DNA from: Promethearchaeota archaeon
Lineage (GTDB): Archaea > Asgardarchaeota > Lokiarchaeia > Sigyniarchaeales > SOKP01
Direction: 5' to 3'
Assembly: GCA_030606485.1 (NCBI GenBank)
Contig: JAUWGH010000002.1
Location: 1 to 32,000 of the forward strand
DNA: 32,000 nucleotides
In this document: positions 17,598-25,762 of the stretch, piece by piece
Layout: each line of letters starts with the position of its first letter
Numbering within the stretch: position 1 is the stretch's first letter
Notes under the pieces: model-generated
Databases searched by the model: none
What the model saw: the letters and a program-made list of their open reading frames with translations, nothing else
Told to the model about the DNA's origin: nothing
Position numbers and translations under genes: made by a program

Positions 17598-17636
17598 TAT
17601 TAATTTTTATTCAGGTTTTTATTAGAAAAATTAATA
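17598..17636. promoter_or_regulatory. Candidate LysR operator upstream of lysR
   Basis: TATTA-N7-TAATA at 17620-17636 (contains T-N11-A) plus a degenerate site TATTA-N7-TTCAG 22 bp away. Inverted near-copy of 18601-18639. Confidence 0.6.
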
Positions 17637-17685
17637 AATCCGAATAATATACCCTAAGATATATAACAAATAAATTGATTATAAT

Positions 17686-18588
17686 TTGTCCTTAAGAATT
17701 GATTTTTTACGCCATTTTATTTTATTAGCTGAAGAGAAAAGTTTTTCTAATGTTGCAGATAAAATTTCGATAACTCAAAGCGCTTTATCTCAACAAATTG
17801 AGCATTTAGAAAATTATTTTAAATGTAATCTTATTGATCGGAGTACAAGAACATTCAAATTGACTAAACAAGGCGCGATTTTATTAAAATATTCAAAAGA
17901 TATAGTGTCCTTATTTGATAAAAGTCAAAAAGAAATATTTAATCTCAGTAAAGAACTTGTGGGAACAATATCCATTTCTGCATCAACTATTCCCGGAAAT
18001 CATATATTACCAAAATTTATTGCGGATTTTAAGAATAAATATGCTAATGTTACAATCAATATTTGGATAAAAAATAGTAAGCGGAGTTTAATAGATCTAA
18101 AAAATAAGCAGGTTGAATTTGCTGCAATTGGGAGTTTTATAAAGGAGGACCAAGAAAAATTTGAATATTTTCCAATTTTTACTGAGAATTTAGTTTTTAT
18201 TTGTGCTCTTGATCACGACCTGGTTAGAATTAATAAAGGAAAAGTCCTTTTTGAGGATTTAATTAAATATCCTTATATTTCCCGTGAAGATGGTTCTGGT
18301 ACAAAACAATTTGCTATGGAAAATTTAGAAAAGTATGATAAATTAAATCAATTGTTAGAAATGTCAAGCAATGAATCAATAATTTCTGCAGTAAGTAAAT
18401 CAAATGATATATCAATCATTAGTGAGATGAGTGCCAAAAAAGCAGAAGATGCAAAACTAATTAAAATAATAAATATTTCAGATATACCCTTTTTAAGAAG
18501 AGAATTATTTTTTATTAAAAATAAGGGAATAAAATTAAATAAAGTTGCAATAAAGTTTTGGAATTTTATTTATGACAATAGAGATTAA
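17686..18588 (+). CDS. LysR-type transcriptional regulator (CysL/selenium-metabolism-associated type)
   Basis: N-terminal HTH (SFSNVADKISITQSALSQQIEHLE...LIDRSTR...LTKQG), ASTIPG, and REDGSGTK typical of the CysL-like binding domain. Confidence 0.92.
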   Translation: MSLRIDFLRHFILLAEEKSFSNVADKISITQSALSQQIEHLENYFKCNLIDRSTRTFKLTKQGAILLKYSKDIVSLFDKSQKEIFNLSKELVGTISISASTIPGNHILPKFIADFKNKYANVTINIWIKNSKRSLIDLKNKQVEFAAIGSFIKEDQEKFEYFPIFTENLVFICALDHDLVRINKGKVLFEDLIKYPYISREDGSGTKQFAMENLEKYDKLNQLLEMSSNESIISAVSKSNDISIISEMSAKKAEDAKLIKIINISDIPFLRRELFFIKNKGIKLNKVAIKFWNFIYDNRD

Positions 18589-18600
18589 CAATATTAAATC

Positions 18601-18639
18601 TATTAATTTTTCTAATAAATATGAAGAATAAAATTAATA
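18601..18639. promoter_or_regulatory. Candidate LysR operator upstream of dsrE-tusA-selD
   Basis: TATTA-N7-TAATA at 18601-18617 plus degenerate GAAGA-N7-TAATA at 18623-18639. The 19 bp at 18601-18619 are the exact reverse complement of 17618-17636. Confidence 0.6.
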
Positions 18640-18713
18640 AATCTTCTTATTTTTATTTAATGTAATTAAATTTGATTAATTTGAATTAAAAATTATATAG
18701 GGAATTATAAATT

Positions 18714-19061
18714 ATGGTTAAAATTTCGGTTATGATAATGGAATCACCATATGGAAGGGAAAAACCATATACTGCTCTTAGGTTTGCATTAACTGCGATA
18801 TTAGATGGTAATGATGTAATACTTACTTTAATGCAAGATGGAATATATGTTGGCTTGAAAGAACAAAATCCAAATGAATATCCTAATCATTTAGAATATT
18901 TAGAAAGTGCGATTTCAGAAGGATTGAAAGTAATTGTGTGCGGAGTTTGTTGTAAATCTCGTGGGATTAAGCAAGAACATTTGGTTGAAGGTGCCAAGAT
19001 TGTTGGAATGCATGAGATTGTTCAGGCAGTAGGTGAAAGTGAAAATCATATTACATTTTAA
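18714..19061 (+). CDS. DsrE/DsrF-like sulfur-relay protein
   Basis: ESPYG..ALRFA..LMQDG and VCGVCCKSRG (conserved Cys region); 115 aa. Confidence 0.88.
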   Translation: MVKISVMIMESPYGREKPYTALRFALTAILDGNDVILTLMQDGIYVGLKEQNPNEYPNHLEYLESAISEGLKVIVCGVCCKSRGIKQEHLVEGAKIVGMHEIVQAVGESENHITF

Positions 19062-19079
19062 AGTATTAGAGGGATTAAA

Positions 19080-19313
19080 TTGGATTCAGATGATGAATTA
19101 AATGTAGAAGGAAAATCATGTCCCATGCCCTTATTTTTAACGAAGAAAAAATTAAAACCTATGGGATCTGGAAAAACTTTGAAACTTATTGGGGATTTTT
19201 TACCAGCTAAAGAAAATATAGTCGAGTTTTTAGAGAAGGAAGGGCATGATATTTTGGATCTTCAAGAAGTGAATGATCCGTATAAATTTATTATTTACAT
19301 AAAAAAAGCTTAA
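19080..19313 (+). CDS. TusA/SirA (YedF-like) sulfur or selenium carrier
   Basis: LNVEGKSCPMP (CPxP motif); 77 aa; GAGGG SD before the TTG. Confidence 0.9.
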   Translation: MDSDDELNVEGKSCPMPLFLTKKKLKPMGSGKTLKLIGDFLPAKENIVEFLEKEGHDILDLQEVNDPYKFIIYIKKA

Positions 19314-19389
19314 TTTATTTTAGAAAGTGTTTTTTTAAAATTTTTTATATATATTTAATTATAATATAGAAAAATGAAAGGAGGTTGAG

Positions 19390-20415
19390 TTGAAAAGTAA
19401 AGAAGAGTATCGATTAACTAAACAGGTAAAGATTTTCGGTTGATCATGTAAATTAGGTCCAAATAAATTAAAGGAGTTATTAGAAAAAGTCGGGCTTGGT
19501 GGTCTTTCTGAAGATTGTTCAATTACTTCAGTTCCTAATACAGACTTATTATTGCTTCAAAATATCGATATATTTACTCCTATTGTAGATGAGCCTGAGA
19601 TTATGGGAGAAATCGCTGCATGTAATGTAACAAATGATGTTTTTGCAATGAATGTACCTGAGATACATGGAATGCTTGTTTTCCTAGCAATGGATACAAT
19701 GATGCCCATGGAGGTTGCTGAAGGAATTATGAATGGAATAATCAATTTTATGAAAAAGATTAATTCAAAAGTATTAGGGGGGCATACAATTTACTGCGAA
19801 TGGCCACTTATTGGCGGAGAAGCGTCTGGATTTGTGGAAAAAGATAAACTAATCAGAAAGCAAGGTCTAAAAGAGGGTGATAAATTAATAATCACTAAAC
19901 CCACGGGACTTCAACCAGTAATGGCTGCTTATAGAATATTAAAAAATACTCCAGAAATCTTAGAACTTTATTCAACTAATGAGTTAAAAAGTTCAATAGA
20001 TTATGCCATTGAGTTAATGATTACATCAAATCAAAATGTTGTAAAAACAATACATTCCTACGATGATTTTTCATTTGTTCATTCAATGACTGATGTAACT
20101 GGTTTTGGACTTGCAGGTCATACTAGAGAAATGCTTGAGGGTACAAATCTTTCCGCGCTAATTGAAAAAGTTCCGATCATAAAATATGCAAAGGAACTTT
20201 CTGTAGATTTCAATTATCACCTTGATTCATGTGAGGCTTCAGAAACTGCCGGAGGAATGCTTCTCGCTATAAATCCTGAGAATATTGAAGATTTTTCAAA
20301 CCGCTTGACTAGTAATAATATACCAAATTGGTATGTTGGGATAATCGATAAAAAAGAGCCCGGATTAGTAAGACTCTCCAAAAATATTGAATTTGAGGAG
20401 GTTTTAAAAAAATAA
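19390..20415 (+). CDS. selD: Selenide, water dikinase (selenophosphate synthetase) with selenocysteine at codon 18 (UGA 19441-19443)
   Basis: AGGAGGT SD then TTG 19390, in frame with the track ORF: MKSKEEYRLTKQVKIFG-U-SCKLGP, matching the SelD catalytic C/U-x-x-K. Also DIFTPIVD, GGHT, DVTGFGLAGH and ETAGG motifs; 341 aa. Confidence 0.95.
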
Positions 20416-20494
20416 TAATGATGACTATGAAATAAGCTTAAACACTTGTAAGTGGGTGCTTATTGAGTTTTTCACCTGTGAGGTGCCATCATTA
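20416..20494 (+). ncRNA. Eukaryote-like SECIS element in the selD 3' UTR (cis-acting RNA)
   Basis: AUGA (20427-30) / GA (20465-66) core, AAUAAGC/GCUUAUU helix, unpaired AAA (20440-42), apical CACUU/AAGUG mini-stem, outer UAAUGAUG/CAUCAUUA helix. Confidence 0.82.
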
Positions 20495-21985
20495 AAAACC
20501 ATTAAGCTCCTTAATAATTAATCTTAAAAGGTTATATATTAATCCCACATCAGAGATTTTTAATCTTTCACTCGGCGAATGCAAGCTTTCGATTGTTGGA
20601 CCTAGAGAAACCATTTGAAGACCACTTATCCTAGTGCTAATCATTCCAGTCTCTAATCCACCATGAATGACATTAGTTATTACTGTTTTTTTTATAAGAT
20701 TCTCATATTGCTTAACAACATATTTTAAGAACTTAGATTCTAAATTAGGTAACCACTCGGGTAACACAGGCTTTAAAAACACTTTCCAACCCCCTAATTT
20801 CCCTAATTGTTTCATTGAAACACAAAAAGAATCCAATTCACTTCTTAATATACTACGCGGATAAAGCCAAATAATTTCGTCATTTTTTTCAGTATCTATA
20901 ATAGCAAAATTGTTCGAACTTTCTACAAATCCTTCATAAATGTGAGACTTTTTAAGAACACCATTAGGGATTAAATGAGCGGTAGATAATAATATCTGTG
21001 AACCTTCTTCTGAAAGATATTTGTCTGGAAGAGATTGTTTATATTCGATTTTTAAGTTAGACTCAAATTTTTCATAATAATCCTTAATCGATGCAATTTC
21101 TTTTTTAATTAATTTATCAAATACCTTTTGATCTTTTGATTTAATACCAAATTTTGCTATAGATTTAGCAGGTATGACATTTCCTTTAGTACCCCCTTGC
21201 CATTTACAGATATAGATTTTTATTTCTTGGGTAAGAATTGATAATATTCTACCTACTATTTTAATTGCATTTGCTCTTGGTAAATGAATATCTTCTCCCG
21301 AATGCCCACTTAATAATCCTTGGCATGAAAGTTCAAAAAATTGAAGCTCATTACTTTCTTCAGGGGAAATCCAATTAAATTTTTTTGAAAATCCCACCCT
21401 TCGTCCACAAACAGAACCAATTACAACTACTTCGGCAGGTCCTCCATCTAGATTAATCATCAATTTACTTTTTATATTAAGAGTTTTAGGATCTAGATGA
21501 GTTGCTCCATCAAACCCATCTTCTTCATTCACAGTAAATAATACTTCAATGGGTCCATGAGAATCTATCGATTTATCAATTAGGATTGCTAAAGCAAGTG
21601 CTAAGCCAATACCATTATCAGCTCCTAGAGATGTTCCATCTGCGTAAACCCATTCATTATTTTCTTGAATACGTACTGGAATTCCTTTATTGAAAAAATC
21701 AAATCCTTCAGGTTTATCTGTTTCACATACCATGTCGAGGTGAGCTTGAAGCATTATTGATGGAATTGACTCTTGTCCGGATGTCGCTGGTTTTTTGATT
21801 AGGATATTTCCAACTCCATCTTGATAAATCTGAAAATCATTATTAATTGTTTTGCCTGATTCTAATATAAAATCTTTTATTACTTCACGGATTATTTCTT
21901 CATGTTTAGAAGGTCTCGGAGTTTTAGCAATAATATTTTCAAAAATATCCCATACAATTTTAGGTTCTAAATTTTCCAACACCAT
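20492..21985 (-). CDS. pepD: Aminoacyl-histidine dipeptidase (M20C peptidase)
   Basis: LQAHLDMV, GTSLGADNGIG, EEDG, NLDG, GHSG, HGGLE and HSPSE motifs. Confidence 0.92.
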   Translation of the reverse strand: MVLENLEPKIVWDIFENIIAKTPRPSKHEEIIREVIKDFILESGKTINNDFQIYQDGVGNILIKKPATSGQESIPSIMLQAHLDMVCETDKPEGFDFFNKGIPVRIQENNEWVYADGTSLGADNGIGLALALAILIDKSIDSHGPIEVLFTVNEEDGFDGATHLDPKTLNIKSKLMINLDGGPAEVVVIGSVCGRRVGFSKKFNWISPEESNELQFFELSCQGLLSGHSGEDIHLPRANAIKIVGRILSILTQEIKIYICKWQGGTKGNVIPAKSIAKFGIKSKDQKVFDKLIKKEIASIKDYYEKFESNLKIEYKQSLPDKYLSEEGSQILLSTAHLIPNGVLKKSHIYEGFVESSNNFAIIDTEKNDEIIWLYPRSILRSELDSFCVSMKQLGKLGGWKVFLKPVLPEWLPNLESKFLKYVVKQYENLIKKTVITNVIHGGLETGMISTRISGLQMVSLGPTIESLHSPSERLKISDVGLIYNLLRLIIKELNGF

Positions 21986-22011
21986 AATTATGACCTATTT
22001 TTTCTCTCTAA

Positions 22012-22329
22012 AAAACTTTTTATTCGGACATTGGGGCAGGTAGGGCAATTGCATTAGATTCGTTAGAAAACATTTATATTGTAGGAATTACACATAGTTT
22101 AGATATATTTTTTATAAAATTAGATAACCAAGGCTCAGCTTTATTAAATGCTACTTGGGGTGAAAACACTGTGGATTACGGAGCAGCAATTGTAGTGGAT
22201 TTGTCTGATAACGTTTTTATTGCGCAAAATTCAAAAGATTTTATCTATTCCAGTCTTTCTACCTCGAATACAAATTCAGATGATACGGGAGAATACCATA
22301 AGTTAATTAATAAAAAGCCATCGAATTAA
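22012..22329 (+). pseudogene. Start-less fragment of a beta-propeller (SBBP-like) repeat gene
   Basis: Stop-to-stop frame: GRAIALDSLENIYIVGITHSLDIFFIKLDNQGSALLNATWG...DYGAAIVVDLSDNVFI, about 1.5 blades. Absent from the ORF track. Confidence 0.68.
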
Positions 22330-22338
22330 GAAAAAAAT

Positions 22339-22923
22339 TTATTCTAATGTCGCATGCCTTTTATCAATATCAGCTTCAGTTATCTCCAATTGAAACATTA
22401 AAGTTCCACAAATTGAATCCAATACAGACAGTGTTGATATATCAAAAAGGCTTGTATATGGAGCAAGACTTTTTTCACTCATAGCAACATCTTTACTTTT
22501 CCCTTTAATTTCTATGGTAATATTTGAGATTTTTCCAATAATACTATTCGGGTTAGCCGTAAAGAGAGCTAATTTACCCCTAATTTTATTTGATTTCAAA
22601 GCTATTGCTATAGAACTTGTGGTTTCTCCACTTCCACTTATTATAATAAGTAAATCTTCCTCTGTGTATTGAGGGGTTACTGCGTCTGATATAAAACAAG
22701 ACTTTATTCCTAAATGCATTAATCTTTGAGCAAAACACCTACCAATAAAACCAGAACGTCCTGCGCCATATACAAAAATTCTATTGTCATTTTTATGTAT
22801 ATCTAGAATTAGAGTTATTAAATCTAAAATAATAACTTTATCTACAAGTATGGAAATTTTTTCAATTTGTTTTGCAATTTCAGTCATTGTATCATTAAAA
22901 CGTTTATTAATTTCTTTCGACAT
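22339..22923 (-). CDS. hxlB: 6-phospho-3-hexuloisomerase (SIS domain)
   Basis: IFVYGAGRSG, FAQRLMHLG, ISGSGET and RHATLE C-terminus. Confidence 0.88.
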   Translation of the reverse strand: MSKEINKRFNDTMTEIAKQIEKISILVDKVIILDLITLILDIHKNDNRIFVYGAGRSGFIGRCFAQRLMHLGIKSCFISDAVTPQYTEEDLLIIISGSGETTSSIAIALKSNKIRGKLALFTANPNSIIGKISNITIEIKGKSKDVAMSEKSLAPYTSLFDISTLSVLDSICGTLMFQLEITEADIDKRHATLE

Positions 22924-22934
22924 ATAAATCTCCT

Positions 22935-24191
22935 CTATTTTTTTTTATGAAAATAAATCTGACATTTTTCTGGATTAACAAGTTTATGCCATTCAATAAT
23001 TGTTTCTTTAGGTCCTAATCCTATTAATAAATCTCCCTCTTCAAATTTAAAATCACGTTTATAATCGTAAATCCAATTATCTCCTCTCTTTACAGCGATA
23101 ATGTGAACACCTAATTGATATTTATCTAGCATTTCATTATAAGTGATGTTTTTGAATCTAGATTGGTAGGAAACTTGCTCTCTTAATAAAATTTCTGAGG
23201 TTTCTTTTATTGCTTTTACTAAAATTGGATGAGGTTTAAAACCTTTAATTATCATTTCTGCGATGTTAGATGCGGCATCTGATATTAATTCACAACAAAA
23301 CCCAATTCTTAAAATACCAACTATATCCCTTGTATTTGGTACAAATTTAGCTAACTCTAATATTTGTTTTTCGAACATAATATTTAATCCATCCATAAGT
23401 TCCTCCATTTCAAGAACATCCTCTGCCACTTCCCCGTTATTAAAAAAAACTGCGGAGATTGCAAGTTGTATCATAGTTTCTGAAATATCAATCATTTGAA
23501 TATAAGTATTTTTTATTTTAGGCATAATGCTTTCGATTTCTGGTTGTTTTATATCAAATGAACTTTTCTTTTCATCCCCTTCAAATTTAAAAGAGATTGG
23601 TGCATCATCTTTACAATAAGATTTAATTTGCACCAAGGATGGCATTTCTCCTCTAACTAAAATTCTATCATTTTCAAGAATTCTTTCCTCTGCAATTGGA
23701 TTATAGATCCACCGTTTCTCCCTACGTATAGCGATTAAATCAACACCAAATTTTGCTCTAAAATTAATTTCTCCAACTAGACTTCCAGCAATCTCTGATT
23801 CAAGTGAAACTTTTACCTTTATTATAGGTTCAGGAATATATCCCCACAGATATTGTGTAAAAACCCAAATCTCATCATTAATAAAGGTCACTTTAGCAAT
23901 ATCTGCAAGAGCATCAGAAATTTTGTCTATAGCATAACCTACTCTTACTATTAGCTCAATACTTTTTGCATCTTGTAGTCCTGGATGTGCCATCATTGCT
24001 TGTAGGTCAATTAAGAAAACTAATTCATGAATTCTTTCTTCAATTTTGACGACTTCGTTAGCAATCTCTTTACTTTGGAATCGTATGGCGCTATAAGCTA
24101 GATCTATCATTAGATCTAGATTTTCTTTCATTTCAATTAATATTTCTTTAAGAGAAATTGGTTTATATTTAAATCTTTTTAGTTTCGGCAT
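22935..24191 (-). CDS. Tandem (PhoU-like + TrkA-C/RCK_C) x2 protein
   Basis: Two repeats of MK..LDLMIDLAYSA..A.EV..IEE / EKISDA plus TrkA-C (LIAIRR.KRWIY.P...D.IL.RG; IIAVKRGDNWIY..GDLLIGLG). Confidence 0.82.
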   Translation of the reverse strand: MPKLKRFKYKPISLKEILIEMKENLDLMIDLAYSAIRFQSKEIANEVVKIEERIHELVFLIDLQAMMAHPGLQDAKSIELIVRVGYAIDKISDALADIAKVTFINDEIWVFTQYLWGYIPEPIIKVKVSLESEIAGSLVGEINFRAKFGVDLIAIRREKRWIYNPIAEERILENDRILVRGEMPSLVQIKSYCKDDAPISFKFEGDEKKSSFDIKQPEIESIMPKIKNTYIQMIDISETMIQLAISAVFFNNGEVAEDVLEMEELMDGLNIMFEKQILELAKFVPNTRDIVGILRIGFCCELISDAASNIAEMIIKGFKPHPILVKAIKETSEILLREQVSYQSRFKNITYNEMLDKYQLGVHIIAVKRGDNWIYDYKRDFKFEEGDLLIGLGPKETIIEWHKLVNPEKCQIYFHKKK

Positions 24192-24230
24192 TTATTTTAT
24201 TGATTCCTCATAAATTATTTTTCATTTTTG

Positions 24231-24794
24231 TTATATAAAGATTGGTAAAATTATTTGTAAAATTATTAATAGGATAATTGGTGTAATTAAATCTGCTGTT
24301 GAAGTTAAGGTTGGAATCATGATATTGTTTGGGTCTCTTCCATGTTTGAATAAAAAAATTGCACTTATAAAACATATCACGAAAAATACAGCAAATAATA
24401 TTACAATTGTAAATAATAAAATGAAAGTATAAATAACCGGGTTAAGAATTGAAAGTGAATTTGGAGGACTAATAATAATACTTATTATACTTAAAAATAA
24501 AACTGATAAAATTCCGGTAACTAATAATGCGATAAAATTATTCTTCAGTGTTTCAGATTTCTGAATTTTAGGAGGAATTGACCCAATATATAGATAGGTA
24601 GTGAATTTAGATATCAAAATTGTAGATAAATCACCAATACATGCATTTAATGGGGGTATAACCATTATAAAAATAGGAATTGAGCTTAATAAATCATATT
24701 GATCTGATAAATAAATACCAGAAATCAATCCCAAAAAAGAAGTTAATAATACAATTACTATTGATTCTTTAACAATCTTCTTGAAATATTCCAT
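24231..24794 (-). CDS. MgtE/SLC41-type integral membrane domain protein (second half)
   Basis: IPPLNACIGD and GRDPNNIMIPTLTSTAD motifs; five TM segments; ATG directly follows the upstream TAA. Confidence 0.8.
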   Translation of the reverse strand: MEYFKKIVKESIVIVLLTSFLGLISGIYLSDQYDLLSSIPIFIMVIPPLNACIGDLSTILISKFTTYLYIGSIPPKIQKSETLKNNFIALLVTGILSVLFLSIISIIISPPNSLSILNPVIYTFILLFTIVILFAVFFVICFISAIFLFKHGRDPNNIMIPTLTSTADLITPIILLIILQIILPIFI

Positions 24795-25361
24795 TTAAGG
24801 CACCCCCAATAATATTAAAGATAGAAAAAAACCAAAAACCGTAAGAAAATCATCAACGCATGTCATTATTGGGTTTACAAGATTATTTGGATCTAACCCA
24901 AAGCGAAAGCAAGAGATGTTTAGAAATGAAGATAATGGAATAGATATAATTAGATCAAACAGAATTGTGAACAATGGAATTGACAAAAAAATAAACAGAT
25001 TAATAATTTCATTTCCTAATAGAAAACTTACAATCTGAGATACAATTCCAATAAAGACTCCAACAAGAAGTGATATGAATAATGTTGCTCCAATATTCTC
25101 AAGCCAACGTTTTATCGGTTTTAGTGTTTTGGATAATTCACCAGTAAATAAATCTCTTGTTGTTCGAGCAATAAACGTCCCACTTACATTTCCTCGTAGC
25201 GTTAATAGTGCAGGAATCATAATTATTAAATAAGAAAAACTTTCAAAAGGCATTATGAAAAAAAGCATTATCATTCCAGCAAAAAGATCTCCCGTGATTG
25301 ATATTATCTCACCAATTATTGACTCTTTAATAATTCTTGTCTTAGAGTCTTGGGATAACAT
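24795..25361 (-). CDS. MgtE/SLC41-type integral membrane domain protein (first half)
   Basis: IPALLTLRGN and GLDPNNLVNPIMTCVDD motifs; five TM segments. Confidence 0.8.
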   Translation of the reverse strand: MLSQDSKTRIIKESIIGEIISITGDLFAGMIMLFFIMPFESFSYLIIMIPALLTLRGNVSGTFIARTTRDLFTGELSKTLKPIKRWLENIGATLFISLLVGVFIGIVSQIVSFLLGNEIINLFIFLSIPLFTILFDLIISIPLSSFLNISCFRFGLDPNNLVNPIMTCVDDFLTVFGFFLSLILLGVP

Positions 25362-25517
25362 TCAACACACCATGGAGATTTACTCATTTTAGTTAATTTG
25401 AACAATATGTGCTTTAAAATGATATTCTCTTTAAATTCCTGCAATATTTTGTTCTCATTTCAAACTGAAATTGAGTTAAGTTATAAAGAATAGTGTAATT
25501 TAAAAAATTTTAGAAAA

Positions 25518-25661
25518 TTAAAAATCATCTTTTTTTTTTGCAAGATTATAATAAACAATTTTATGATTTGGTGGTTTTTGTTCAGGAATTTCTTTCTCTT
25601 CCGTTCCCATTATAATTGGATGTGGATCATAAGATTGTGAGTCCTTTTTTTTATCATTCAA
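25518..25661 (-). CDS. Possible 47-aa hydrophilic small protein
   Basis: TTG start, MNDKKKDSQSYDPHPIIMGTEEKEIPEQKPPNHKIVYYNLAKKKDDF*, co-oriented between dnaJ and the MgtE genes. No homology evidence. Confidence 0.3.
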   Translation of the reverse strand: MNDKKKDSQSYDPHPIIMGTEEKEIPEQKPPNHKIVYYNLAKKKDDF

Positions 25662-25762
25662 ATTTTTTACCAGGTTTTATATTCTATAGTTAGAATTATG
25701 TGGATTTATTTATTATTAAATTTTTAATACTTGTCTTTTTAAATATAGCCAATTTGAACTAT

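Noticed and set aside
19350-19366. Third LysR box upstream of selD (TATAT-N7-TAATA)
   Set aside because: Two mismatches in a nearly pure A/T tract; more simply a TATA-like element or chance.
19552-20415. ORF-track start of selD at TTG 19552
   Set aside because: It omits the catalytic U-x-x-K motif. The SD-preceded TTG at 19390 is in frame through a single UGA.
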